DNA from: Candidatus Cloacimonadota bacterium | GTDB lineage: Bacteria; Cloacimonadota; Cloacimonadia; Cloacimonadales; TCS61 | Assembly: GCA_021108315.1 (NCBI GenBank) | Contig: JAIORE010000354.1 | Coordinates: forward strand, 27,919-91,918 | DNA length: 64,000 nt | Direction: 5' to 3' | In this document: piece after piece, positions 53,601-63,510 of the stretch | How the letters are laid out: every line of letters starts with the position of its first letter | Numbering within the stretch: position 1 is the first letter of the stretch | Notes under the pieces: model-generated | Database searches by the model: none | The model's input: the letters and a program-made list of their open reading frames with translations, nothing else | Told to the model about the DNA's origin: nothing | Made by a program: the position numbers and the translations under genes

Positions 53601-56600
53601 GAGTGGACTTGGTATTCAAGATATTTTCGTCGCAAAAATGAATTCAAACGGAAACTGGTTATGGGCAACCAAAGCAGGTGCAAATTCCCATGATATTGGA
53701 TATTCAATCATTGTTGATAGAGTTGGCAACTCCTATACAACCGGTTATTTTTCTAATACAGCAATATTTGGGTCACATTCTCTAACGAGTAATGGAAATA
53801 CTGATATTTTTGTAGCTAAAATGGACCCTAATGGTAATTGGTTATGGGCTTCAAAAGCAGATGGAATTAGTCTTGATGGTGAAGTTGGACATTCAATTTC
53901 AATAGATAGTATTGGAAATCTTTATATTACAGGTACTTTCAAAGGAGCAACAACTTTCGATTCTATAACTATTACAAGTAATGGTAGTCAGGATGCCTTT
54001 ATATCTAAAATAGATACTTTAGGTAACTGGGTTTGGGCAATAAATATTGGAAGTATTGATTCTGATTATGGAAATAAAATCGCTGTTGATGTAGCTGGTA
54101 ATTGCTATACAACAGGTTTTTTCCGCGATTCTACATATTTTGGATCAACCGAACTAACCAGCAATGGCAACTCAGACATTTTCATCACCAAATTTGGCTA
54201 CGACACTTCTATCCCAACTTTCGAATCCGATTTCACAGCAGATAGTACAAATGTCTCTGCCGGAACTTCCATCCAATTCACCGATACTTCCGTAGGAACT
54301 CACGATGCTTGGTTATGGAATTTTGGAGATAACGCAACAAGCACGGAACAAAATCCCAACCACATTTATAATACTCCCGGAACTTACACGGTTTCTCTCA
54401 CAATTACCAAATGGCCCTTCAGCGACAGAGAAACTAAAACGGATTTCATAACAATTACAGATAATATCGAGCATGGTTTGGTTGCTTATTATCCGTTTAC
54501 AAACGGAAGTGTTGCCGATAGCTCCGGAATCGGTAACAATGGAACAAATAACGGAGCAACTCCTGCTTTAGATAGATTTGGGAATGAGAATTCTGCTTTT
54601 GAATTTGATGGTGATACAGATCACATTAATATTGGTAATGATGCGAGTTTAAGATTATCATCTTGGACATTTAGTGTTTGGTTAAATGTAGTTGATACTT
54701 CCATAACAAATTCAATAATTTCAAAAAGCCCGGGTGCGGGTGATCCTAATTCAACAAATTATTATTTAGAAATCACTACTGAAGGAAAATATTTCGGAAT
54801 TTTTGAAGACATTGACGGTAATGATTCAGGTATAGAAACTTCAAGTATTGCTCAAAATCAATCTTGGCAGCATGTATGTTATTGTTTTAGTAACAGCACA
54901 AATATTGAAGAGATTTTTGTTAACGGTCAATTAGCTGCTACTCAGGTTAATGACTTGGTTCCGGCTCCGGATGATGAATCCGTGTCATTTGATGCTTATA
55001 TTGGTTACCTCTTGGGAAATGATAGCGAATTCAATGGAAAACTTGACGATATTCGCATCTACAATAGAGCTATATCCGAATCTGAAATAGGCTTACTATA
55101 TGACAATTACGATAAATATTTAAATGCTGATTTTTCTGCAGATATCACCGCAGGTTCAGTTCCTTTTACCGTACAATATAGCGATCTTTCTTTTTCCTCT
55201 CAAGATGACATTTCTGTTTGGGAATGGGATTTTAATAATGACGGGTTAATTGATTCTTATGAGCAAAATTCTACTTGGATTTATCAAGACTCAGGAATAT
55301 TTGGAGTTTCATTAACTGTTACCGATAGTGATTCTACTGTAATCGAAACAAAAGAAAATTACATAACGGTTTCCGGTGAAGCATATTCAGAAGATTTTAA
55401 TAATTCCGGTGCTTTCCCTGTAGGATGGACAACAAATCAGGGAACAAGAGCAAGTTGGAACATAATTCTGGATAGTGGTGAAGATTACAGTGCAAAAGTT
55501 GTTGGAGAAATGACAGTTCCGACAGAAGAATGGTTAATCTCACCTGTTTATAATTGCAATGAATACACAAATATTTCTTTGGAATTTTGGCACAGCTACC
55601 TTGATGCTCCTCCGACATTTGACTCAGGAGAGCTTGGTGGTCACGTAAAATTCAGATTAAACGAAGGTGAATGGTTTGAATTAGCACATTATAATCAAAC
55701 AACTTCTGGGAATGTATCACTTCCGATTCCGGCTGCCGATTTACAAAATTCTCTTCAAATAGCTTTCTGCCATCAAAAAATAAATGCTAGTCATACGGAT
55801 TATTGGAATATTGATGATTTCTTGATTATAGTTTCAGCTATAGATAATACACCTCCGACAGTTTGCTCACCATTGACCGGTGAGAATTTATTTCAAAATT
55901 CCGTAACTTTACATTGGATACCTACTATAGAAGAACATTTTTCTCATTATGAAATCTTTTATGATACTGATATTGTTGATGTTAATTCTGCAATGTGGTC
56001 GGTAAATGAGGATTCTGCTTTGGGAGAACGCTCTGCAAACACAACCATAATTTCAGGTTTAGAATCATTAAACACATATAATTTCATCATTCGTGCTCTC
56101 GATACAAACGGATTAATTAGTGATATTTCAAATACTGCAATTGTTGATGTTGATCCTGAGTTTGATCCACCCATAATTTCAATTCCTATTCCTGCTCAGC
56201 CGTCTGATTGGTTCACAAGTCATACTGTTATTATAGGTTGCACAATTTCAGATGCAGGATTCGGAGTGGATGATACTTCTATTGAATACCGATTTGATTA
56301 TAACGGAAACGGAATTTATGATACTGCCCCCGAAGAAGATTGGCAAACATATTCGAGTCGTAAGGACGAAGGACAACGACTCGAGCAGAAGGGTAAGGAT
56401 GAAGAACAGCGATTTGAGCAAGAGGATTATTTATCTCGACTCGACGTTCCTTTCGAGTCGAAAGATAATATTTTACAAACAAGAGCTTCTCAAATCATCT
56501 GTCAAACCGAAGTAACTTATTCTGAAAGTGTAAATGATGGTGATTCTCTCCATTTTGAGTGGCGAGCATCAGACTTGCAGCAAAACGGTCCTACTTACAG

Positions 56601-59600
56601 CGGAAGCAGTAGTTTATTCGGTATTGAAGATGATTGGTACATAATAACAGATGTTACACATCCAACTACAATAACAACAATAATTCCTTTTGAATATCCG
56701 GTAACTGAAGCAACAATTTATTGGGATCCGATATCTACAGACCTGTTTTTTAATACTTATAAAATTTATTATTGGAATTATGACACGGTGGATGAAAACA
56801 GTTGGGTTTGGGATTCCTCTGACGATCCCTTACTTTCTAATGCGAGTTCTGTCACAACTATTATCCCCGGTTTAGCTCCGAACACAAATTATTATTTCAA
56901 AATAACCGGAGTAGATTTAGCAGGTAATATTGGTCAATTAAGTCCTGTATCTTCAGTTCTGGTTCTTTCGGGAGATACCGGAGCACCGACAGCACCACAA
57001 AATTTATCAGTAGTATCTTCATTGAATGACATTGAGTTGAGTTGGGATCTCGGACCTGAAGCGGATTTGGATTATTATAGAGTTTTTCGTGATACTATTC
57101 CTGAACCGACAAATGCAATTGATACGGTTTATGTTTTTCAGAAAGGTGATATTCCACAAATGAGTTATTCGGATTACAATTCCAATAATGGTGATAATTA
57201 TTATAGAATTTCCGCAGTAGATGATGACGGAGATGAGAGTGGGTATTCAGATGAAGTGAATGCTATTTGTAACAGAACATTGTATTATATTTCCATAACA
57301 GGATCGAATTCCACTGGAACCGGTTCAGAGAATAATCCATTTGCCACCATTCAGTACGGGATTGATGAAGTTGAAACCGGAGATACAGTTTTAGTTAATC
57401 CAGGAACATACATTGAAAATATTAATTATAATGGAAAAGACATAATTGTTGCATCTTTGTTTTATACGACACAAGATACTTCTTATATTTCACAAACAGT
57501 TATCAATGGTAACCAGAATGGTAGTGTAGTAACTTTTGAGAATGGAGAAGATATGACAGCTGTTCTTTGTGGAATTAAGATTAAAAACGGACATGGATTT
57601 GGTAGTACACCCTATTATACAGCAGGTGGCATTACATGTAGAAATAATTCAAGTCCGAGTTTTAACAATCTTATAATATCGGAAAATTCTGCTGTATATG
57701 GTGGTGGAATTTACTGTTCGAATTATTCTAACCCAATTTTGAGTAATATGACGATAAAAAACAATTATGCTAATTATTATGGTGCAGGGATTTACTGTTT
57801 TTATTCCAGCCCAAGTTTGGATAATGTAATAATAAAAGAAAATTCTTCTTCTATGGATGGTGGTGGAATATATTGTCGGTATTCATATCCAAATCTAACA
57901 AATGTGGTAATAATAGGAAATTGGGCTAACTACGGAGGAGGTGGTATTTGCTGTAAGTATTCAAGTCCTAATTTGAATAATGTGTCAATAATAGGAAATA
58001 TTGCTGACCAATCTCAAAACGGAGGTGGGATCACCTGTTATAATAATTCCAGTCCAAGTATTTCTAATTCTATTTTTTCAGAAAATACTAATTATGGAAT
58101 AAGTGGGGGTAATGGTAATCCATTGATACAATACTCAAATTTCTGGAATAATGGGAATGCAAATTTCTATAACTGCGATCCTTCAATTGGTGTTAATGTA
58201 AATTCAAATGCAAATGGTGATTCTTGTGATATATATAACAATATTCAATTAGATCCTTTATTTGTTGATCCCGGTAATGACGATTATCATTTAACAGCAA
58301 ATTCTCCCTGCATAGACGCAGGAGATCCAAACTCACCTTTAAATCCAGATGGCACAATAACAGATATTGGTGCATATTATTTTCATCAATCACAATCAGG
58401 TCTTGTTGCAGACTTCGAAGCCAATCCCACTTCAGGTTTAACTCCTTTATCAATAGAATTCACAGACCTGTCTTCACCAACAGATTCCATATCAACTTGG
58501 TACTGGGATTTCGGAGATGGAACAGATTCTACTTATACTTCGTTCTTAAGCTCATTTACCCATATTTATGAAAACGCAGGAATATTTACTGTTTCCCTCA
58601 CTGTGACGGATAACAGCGATTCAACCTTCACCGAGACAAAAACAAATTACATCACAGTAACCGAACCTCAGCCGATTTTATCAGTAACACCAGATAGTTT
58701 AGATTTTGAAATAACCCTTACAGAATTGGAATTGTATATCCAAAATACCGGAACAGGTGATTTGAGCTGGAGTATTACGGAAGATATTTCATGGTTATCA
58801 GCAGTACCGGAATCCAATTCAAGAAATGTAATATCACCCAATCGAACTTCTCAAAAACAAAAGCAAATATTATCTAACGGCATAAACAGAGAATTATTAA
58901 GAAGCACAATAGATACAGTACTAATTACTATAAACCGAGCAGGACTCGGAGCAGGAATTTATTCCGATTCATTACTTATTACTTCAAATGGTGGAAATGA
59001 TACAATATTTGTGAGTATGGAGATATTAGATATTTTTGCTCCTGCTGATCCTTCCGGTCTGACAGCTTATGATGGTCCCAGCGAGATAGAACTTATTTGG
59101 TCACTAAATTCCGAACCGGATTTAAGGAAGTACAAAATATTCCGTGATACAAATTCACCGGCAGTAACTTTAATTGATAGTATTATGGGAACTCCTCCCG
59201 ATACAACCTACACAGATAGCGATGTTGTTGTAGGACAAACATATTTTTATCGTATAACAGCAGAAGATTCCCTTGGTAATGAAAGTGGTTTTTCCAATGA
59301 AGATAGTGCAACACCATATTTTGTTTATACAGGTCCCGTATGGCATGTTTCAATTGCCGGAAGCGATATAATCGGGGACGGTTCAGAGGGTGATCCCTTT
59401 GCTACAATTCAATTCGGTATAGATACATCCTCTGCAATTGATACCATAATGGTTCATCCGGGAATTTATTACGAGAGTATTGATTTCACCGGGAAAAATA
59501 TCATTGTAAGTTCACTTTATAGTACAACTGCCGATACAACTTATATTTCTCAAACAAAGATCAACGGTGAAGATACCGGAAGTGTAGTAATATTCGATAG

Positions 59601-62562
59601 TGGCGAAGACTCCACAGCAGTTTTAACCGGTTTCACAATAACTAACGGTAGTGCAACAAACGGTGGTGGTATCTATTGTGCAAACTCATCACCGAAACTG
59701 CATAACCTCATCGTAAACTCAAATCTTTCAACCTATGGTGGAGGAATATATCTGTACAATTCAGAAACACAAACTTTACGAGTGACAATTAGTGGTAATC
59801 AGGCAATTGAGAAAGGTGGTGGGATTTATGTGGATGGTTCTGTACCATATTTTACTAATACTACAATAAGCGGTAATCAAGCGATACACGGAGGAGGAGT
59901 TTATTGTAAAAATTCAGATCCTGTAACATTTCGTAATTGTACCCTCTGGGGAAATGCAACATATCAGATAGCTTTTGGACATGATACTCTTCAAAGCAAA
60001 TTATATTTATATTACACTGGAGTTAAGGGTTGTATTGGTGGAATAGATTTCGGTGCCAACTATGGCACTCTTGAGACAAATGTTCAGGATATTATCACTG
60101 CAAGCCCAATGTTTGTTGAGCCATTGTATGTGAATATGTTATCTGTTCCTACAACAGATGGTAATTTTCATCTTTTCCCATTTTCAACATACATAGATGC
60201 CGGAGATCCCAATACAATTTACAATGATTCCGATGGAACGAGAAATGATATAGGAGCCTGGTATTTTGATCAAAACAATCCGCCGAATTATTTTGATAAC
60301 GTATTTTTTGTTTCTACTTCTGGAAATGATAGTAGTGGAGATGGCTCCTGCAATGATCCATTTGCAACTATTCAACATGCAGTAGATCTGGTAGAATCAA
60401 ATAGTATAGATTCGGTCATAGTATTTGAAGGAACGTATCTTGAAAATGTACAGATTAATACTTCGGTAATATTGAGCAGTCTATATTTACTTGATCCCTA
60501 TACTGCCCATATAGATTCCACAACTATTGATGGAAGCACACCAACTGATCCGGATGAAGGAAGTGTGATCGCTATCCTTAATCCCGGCATACGGGTTAAT
60601 GATTTGAATGTTACGATATTGGGATTTAAAATTGCTCACGGTTCCGGCTGGAATATACAAGATGAAATTATTTTGCCTAACGGTCAGAATTATACTCTCA
60701 ACAGATTCGTGGGAGGTGGGATATTTGTCCGAAATTGTAATCATTTTATCAAGCATAATCTGTTTTTTGAAAACGGTTTGGATAATATTGATGAAGGTGG
60801 AGGAATTTATACATATATGGAAGATGGTGATAAAACCAGAATAGTTTTGGATTATACACATAATTATTTCTACAATAATTATGCCGAAATTGGTAAAAGT
60901 ATTTCTTCAAATGGTTTTAATGGAACAATAGACCTCTCTTACAGTGAATTTGATGTTTATGCTTCATTCGGTAGAAATTCGGGAGCAGTTTCCAATTATT
61001 GGTGTGCCGGTGATTCCTCAGTGAATTATATTTTTGATGATTGCAGTGGAAGGTTAGAAGCAGAAAGGGAAGATCAATATATCTATCCTGATAGTCTGGG
61101 AACGGTTTTGAGTAAAGTTTATGCAGATTCTCTTAATCCGATTACAATAAATATCTCATCGGGAAGGATGCAGCCACAAAGAGAAGAAATAGCCACCTTT
61201 CCTTTACAAATGGTAAATTATGTTTCATTAGTAGGAGCAGGAGCGAATTCCACAATAATTGATGCCGAGAATACTGATAAAGCATTTATTTTGGATAATG
61301 TGAAAGGTGTGAATATCGAATCTTTGAAGATACAGAATGGTAACGGTGATTTGGGTGGAGGAGTTTATATCAATAATTCAGAACTCAGTTTTACAGATGT
61401 TGAAGTTGATAATAATAATGCTGAAGTTGGTGGTGGTATATATATAAAAAATTCTAATTCAACATTGAGTTCAATAGATTTTGAAGGTAATCATGCTCAA
61501 CACGGTTTTGCCGGTGGAATATACTTGGATGATTCAGATATTGAATTGTTGGATATAACTTTTACCCATAATACGGTTGCCTATATAGTAGGACTAACAG
61601 AAGATGCTTATGGGGGAGGTATTTGCAGTTACAATACCGATTTATTGATTGAGAATATCACCATTGATGGAAATTCACTTATTGGGGATAATACTAGAGG
61701 AGGTGGGATTTATTTATTTGATAGCGAGAATCAGGACTCAAATATTACAATTCGAAATGTAAATATATTGAATAATACTGCTGTTTTTGGTGGAGGAATT
61801 TTTCTTACTCGAGTAAATCCAATGTTTGAAAGAGTTCTTATCGGCTGCAATACAGCTTATATGACAGGTGGTGCGATCTATAGCTCGAATTCACATCCGG
61901 AACTTTATAACGTTACTGTAACAGATAATGATGCAAATATGGGAACCGATGGAATCTATCTCACCGGTCAAGGGCTTTCCACACCTGGATTAATCGTAAC
62001 TAACAGTATTTTGTGGTCAAATGGACTTTACCAGATCACATTAGATGGTGATCCCAAGACAGTAACAATTTCTTATACGGATATTGAAGGTGGATTAACC
62101 GGAATTTATACGGAAGGTGGAGATCAAATTAATTACCAAACGGGAAATATCAATGATGATCCTTTGTTCGTAAATCCATTAGAAAACAATTATCATTTAA
62201 CGATTAACTCTCCTTGTATTGACACTGGAAATCCTTCTGATCCTCCAGATCCGGATGGAACAATAACAGATATGGGAGCTTTTTATCATCATCAGGGAGG
62301 ATTGGAGATACCTGAGAATATAATCATAACTACAACAGTAAATGGTAATAATACAGATGTATTGATTCAGTGGGATGAAGTTTCCGGAGCAACTTCTTAT
62401 GATGTTTACTCTACCGATAATCCTGATAACTCTTTCCCAGAAGGATGGAATCTGGAAGCAAATACATTTACAAATTCTTGGGGCTATACAACCATCACAG
62501 AAAAAAAGTTTTATTGCATTACGGCATTAAGAGACAATCCTACGAGAATTAGAAGAAAATAG
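50614..62562 (+). CDS. Giant secreted surface protein (3982 aa): 4x80-aa N-terminal repeats, PKD, PbH1 beta-helix, SBBP beta-propeller repeats, LamG-like, FN3; C-terminal FN3-like module with basic tail
   Basis: The ATG at 50614 lies 7 nt after GAGGAG. Signal peptide MKKIILFFIIILIVCKILYP. It has four AEYYFDTDPGFGNGTPI...GNHRFYVRT.DE.GKWS repeats and four PKD domains (W.W.FGDG....NP.H.Y...G...V.L.VT). There are many GGGIYC..SSP.I.NN turns and about eight DIFVAKMD.NGNWLWA units. A LamG-like segment runs LVAYYPF...LDDIRIYNRAISE. The C-terminus is ...IQWDEVSGATSYDVYSTDNP...KKFYCITALRDNPTRIRRK. No T9SS CTD. Confidence 0.85.
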   Translation: MKKIILFFIIILIVCKILYPQSPDIIALEYYFDTDPGFGYGTPIPVTPDSLINENFTVDITSLSTGNHRFYVRTKDEDSKWSLTYKQDIYKSDVTNTPPEPLPSIITAEYYFDTDPGFGNGTPISVTPDSLINKDFTVDLTSLSTGNHRFYVRTIDEDGKWSLTYKQDIYKTDVTNTPPEPLPDIVAAEYYFDTDPGFGNGTPISVTPDSLIDKNFTTDLTGLSTGNHRFYIRTKDENGKWSLTYKQDIYKTDVTNIPAEPLPDIIAAEYYFDTDPGFGNGIPITVSPDSLINENFIADIYSLDTGVSIFNVRILDENGNWSLNHIQEIDISLNAEFSVSDTVVAMAQEIQFNDLSFGNPSNWNWNFGDGNTSIEQNPTHSYLQNGTFDVTLEVTAGDSVSSIIKEELIFVDNYMNVGGTISEDTFWNADTIKVFSEINIQDGVTLTIDPGTYVEFQGHYKLNVQGRILAEGTPEEMITFTINDTTGFSNIESTDGGWHGIRFENTPATNDSSKIVYCIIEYGKAINETGGAISSADFSKLLIKNNLIDKNYATSGGGIYCSSSSPIIESNIINNNIAIIGYGGGIYCPYSSNPTIINNIISNNSSVSGGGIAVSTNSNPYIFNCTIVENFAQFGGGIYADEVSNPTMKNTIIRGNVASSSGNQIYIYDDNSDPTYEFCNIEGGSAAFGLSGGVTYTGTYQNNIDTDPNFAGTGDHPYQLGDMSFCANAGTPDTTGLNLPEFDLAGNSRIFNDRIDIGAYEYHGTEFQPDFVWAESAGGEEDGSGSGICVDLSGNTYVTGNYSGLASFGEINLINSGGQDIFVAKMDNDGNWLWATQAGSSGDDRGYSIKTDINGNSYVIGCYSGSASFGETTLQTYGDLDIFVAKMDSNGNWLWATKAGGDGADTGYSITIDDTGNLLVTGLFRNTATFGAYQLTYSGNCDIFVAKMDANGNWLWATKAGGNNTDVGHSIALDETGNIYVSGYYRDTANFGSYSLSGLGIQDIFVAKMNSNGNWLWATKAGANSHDIGYSIIVDRVGNSYTTGYFSNTAIFGSHSLTSNGNTDIFVAKMDPNGNWLWASKADGISLDGEVGHSISIDSIGNLYITGTFKGATTFDSITITSNGSQDAFISKIDTLGNWVWAINIGSIDSDYGNKIAVDVAGNCYTTGFFRDSTYFGSTELTSNGNSDIFITKFGYDTSIPTFESDFTADSTNVSAGTSIQFTDTSVGTHDAWLWNFGDNATSTEQNPNHIYNTPGTYTVSLTITKWPFSDRETKTDFITITDNIEHGLVAYYPFTNGSVADSSGIGNNGTNNGATPALDRFGNENSAFEFDGDTDHINIGNDASLRLSSWTFSVWLNVVDTSITNSIISKSPGAGDPNSTNYYLEITTEGKYFGIFEDIDGNDSGIETSSIAQNQSWQHVCYCFSNSTNIEEIFVNGQLAATQVNDLVPAPDDESVSFDAYIGYLLGNDSEFNGKLDDIRIYNRAISESEIGLLYDNYDKYLNADFSADITAGSVPFTVQYSDLSFSSQDDISVWEWDFNNDGLIDSYEQNSTWIYQDSGIFGVSLTVTDSDSTVIETKENYITVSGEAYSEDFNNSGAFPVGWTTNQGTRASWNIILDSGEDYSAKVVGEMTVPTEEWLISPVYNCNEYTNISLEFWHSYLDAPPTFDSGELGGHVKFRLNEGEWFELAHYNQTTSGNVSLPIPAADLQNSLQIAFCHQKINASHTDYWNIDDFLIIVSAIDNTPPTVCSPLTGENLFQNSVTLHWIPTIEEHFSHYEIFYDTDIVDVNSAMWSVNEDSALGERSANTTIISGLESLNTYNFIIRALDTNGLISDISNTAIVDVDPEFDPPIISIPIPAQPSDWFTSHTVIIGCTISDAGFGVDDTSIEYRFDYNGNGIYDTAPEEDWQTYSSRKDEGQRLEQKGKDEEQRFEQEDYLSRLDVPFESKDNILQTRASQIICQTEVTYSESVNDGDSLHFEWRASDLQQNGPTYSGSSSLFGIEDDWYIITDVTHPTTITTIIPFEYPVTEATIYWDPISTDLFFNTYKIYYWNYDTVDENSWVWDSSDDPLLSNASSVTTIIPGLAPNTNYYFKITGVDLAGNIGQLSPVSSVLVLSGDTGAPTAPQNLSVVSSLNDIELSWDLGPEADLDYYRVFRDTIPEPTNAIDTVYVFQKGDIPQMSYSDYNSNNGDNYYRISAVDDDGDESGYSDEVNAICNRTLYYISITGSNSTGTGSENNPFATIQYGIDEVETGDTVLVNPGTYIENINYNGKDIIVASLFYTTQDTSYISQTVINGNQNGSVVTFENGEDMTAVLCGIKIKNGHGFGSTPYYTAGGITCRNNSSPSFNNLIISENSAVYGGGIYCSNYSNPILSNMTIKNNYANYYGAGIYCFYSSPSLDNVIIKENSSSMDGGGIYCRYSYPNLTNVVIIGNWANYGGGGICCKYSSPNLNNVSIIGNIADQSQNGGGITCYNNSSPSISNSIFSENTNYGISGGNGNPLIQYSNFWNNGNANFYNCDPSIGVNVNSNANGDSCDIYNNIQLDPLFVDPGNDDYHLTANSPCIDAGDPNSPLNPDGTITDIGAYYFHQSQSGLVADFEANPTSGLTPLSIEFTDLSSPTDSISTWYWDFGDGTDSTYTSFLSSFTHIYENAGIFTVSLTVTDNSDSTFTETKTNYITVTEPQPILSVTPDSLDFEITLTELELYIQNTGTGDLSWSITEDISWLSAVPESNSRNVISPNRTSQKQKQILSNGINRELLRSTIDTVLITINRAGLGAGIYSDSLLITSNGGNDTIFVSMEILDIFAPADPSGLTAYDGPSEIELIWSLNSEPDLRKYKIFRDTNSPAVTLIDSIMGTPPDTTYTDSDVVVGQTYFYRITAEDSLGNESGFSNEDSATPYFVYTGPVWHVSIAGSDIIGDGSEGDPFATIQFGIDTSSAIDTIMVHPGIYYESIDFTGKNIIVSSLYSTTADTTYISQTKINGEDTGSVVIFDSGEDSTAVLTGFTITNGSATNGGGIYCANSSPKLHNLIVNSNLSTYGGGIYLYNSETQTLRVTISGNQAIEKGGGIYVDGSVPYFTNTTISGNQAIHGGGVYCKNSDPVTFRNCTLWGNATYQIAFGHDTLQSKLYLYYTGVKGCIGGIDFGANYGTLETNVQDIITASPMFVEPLYVNMLSVPTTDGNFHLFPFSTYIDAGDPNTIYNDSDGTRNDIGAWYFDQNNPPNYFDNVFFVSTSGNDSSGDGSCNDPFATIQHAVDLVESNSIDSVIVFEGTYLENVQINTSVILSSLYLLDPYTAHIDSTTIDGSTPTDPDEGSVIAILNPGIRVNDLNVTILGFKIAHGSGWNIQDEIILPNGQNYTLNRFVGGGIFVRNCNHFIKHNLFFENGLDNIDEGGGIYTYMEDGDKTRIVLDYTHNYFYNNYAEIGKSISSNGFNGTIDLSYSEFDVYASFGRNSGAVSNYWCAGDSSVNYIFDDCSGRLEAEREDQYIYPDSLGTVLSKVYADSLNPITINISSGRMQPQREEIATFPLQMVNYVSLVGAGANSTIIDAENTDKAFILDNVKGVNIESLKIQNGNGDLGGGVYINNSELSFTDVEVDNNNAEVGGGIYIKNSNSTLSSIDFEGNHAQHGFAGGIYLDDSDIELLDITFTHNTVAYIVGLTEDAYGGGICSYNTDLLIENITIDGNSLIGDNTRGGGIYLFDSENQDSNITIRNVNILNNTAVFGGGIFLTRVNPMFERVLIGCNTAYMTGGAIYSSNSHPELYNVTVTDNDANMGTDGIYLTGQGLSTPGLIVTNSILWSNGLYQITLDGDPKTVTISYTDIEGGLTGIYTEGGDQINYQTGNINDDPLFVNPLENNYHLTINSPCIDTGNPSDPPDPDGTITDMGAFYHHQGGLEIPENIIITTTVNGNNTDVLIQWDEVSGATSYDVYSTDNPDNSFPEGWNLEANTFTNSWGYTTITEKKFYCITALRDNPTRIRRK
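50680..51639 (+). repeat. Four tandem 240-bp (80-codon) coding repeats
   Basis: Unit starts CCTGACATA 50680, CCAAGCATA 50920, CCTGACATC 51160 and CCTGATATT 51400. Units 1-3 are highly similar at the nucleotide level and unit 4 is more diverged. Confidence 0.85.
56353..56462 (+). repeat. Double-hairpin palindromic element inserted in frame within the 3982-aa ORF
   Basis: TCGAGTCGTAAGGACGAAGGACAACGACTCGA (56353-56384) and TCTCGACTCGACGTTCCTTTCGAGTCGAA (56434-56462) match the intergenic element at 48494-48576. The segment is translated as ...SSRKDEGQRLEQKGKDEEQRFEQEDYLSRLDVPFESK... Confidence 0.7.
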
Positions 62563-62931
62563 ATAAGGAGCTGTGAAGGAATAAAGTTTACAAAATAACA
62601 AAGAATTTTTTATTTATTCAAGGCGTTAAAATTGTTAATATCATTGATATTTATATTTTTAACAACAAAGAAAAAATGAATAATTCAAAGTTAGTTTTTA
62701 AAGGTTATTTCGTAATAGCGACTAAGTCTGTTGAATGAGGGATAACAAAACAAACAAAACGAACAAAAGAGTTTCACGCAGAGGACGCAGAGAAAACCAA
62801 GAAATTATCCTGTAACCCCAAAAAATCGTTGTTACAATTCTTCTATTGTTTTGCTTCTTGTATTAGTTTTTATCATGTTAATGGGGAAGAATTGGATAAA
62901 AAAGATAGAAGTTTTTACTGATAATATTATT

Positions 62932-63510
62932 TTAAAATTCCCAATTCCCAAATATAAAACATTTCTCTAATTGTTTTTCAAATATATTATTTGGCACAGT
63001 ATATGTTTTCTTAAAAATAATTCCTTCATATCTTTCAAGGTTGAATGACTCTGAGTTTTCTAAACGCTTTCTAAGCTCAATATCAATAATGTTTTTATCT
63101 TGTTCGTTTTTTTCTAAAGAAAATACAATCATTAGGTACATTTGAAAATTACAAAAAATTTCGTTTCTTTTTTGTATCAAATTTTCTTTTTCTAATAAAA
63201 CTCCCAATGCTATAACACTTTCAATTGCTTTTAAACGAATATCTTTAGATTTGATATTTTTTTCAGGTTTGTTCTTGAATTCGATGAAATAAATTGAGTC
63301 ATCAATATTACAAAAAAATAAAGCATCTGCACTTTTAAATTTGTTAGAAGTAATTTTATCAAAATCAAAAGCTTGAATTTGAGAATTTGTTACTGAATTT
63401 TTATCATCATCTCTTGATAAATTTTCAAAGCTTTTCAAATACGATGGATACTTTTTAAGAAGATGTGCATCAAACTCTTTTACTGAATATTTCACCAAGA
63501 ACTCCATCAA
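62932..63510 (-). CDS. Hypothetical protein with possible PD-(D/E)xK nuclease-like motif (192 aa)
   Basis: The start overlaps the upstream ATPase gene by 41 nt, or 38 nt from the second ATG. The segment SADALFFCNIDDSIYFIEFKNKP provides a D...ExK arrangement. No other recognisable motif. Confidence 0.5.
   Translation of the reverse strand: MMEFLVKYSVKEFDAHLLKKYPSYLKSFENLSRDDDKNSVTNSQIQAFDFDKITSNKFKSADALFFCNIDDSIYFIEFKNKPEKNIKSKDIRLKAIESVIALGVLLEKENLIQKRNEIFCNFQMYLMIVFSLEKNEQDKNIIDIELRKRLENSESFNLERYEGIIFKKTYTVPNNIFEKQLEKCFIFGNWEF

Noticed and set aside
17247-62562. A T9SS C-terminal domain (NPFNP...-type) on the three giant proteins
   Set aside because: I looked for it specifically because the neighbouring 703- and 813-aa proteins have it. 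The giants end instead in the FN3-like/KFYYVTA/basic tail, and no NPFNP..TTI.F...GIYFY pattern is present.
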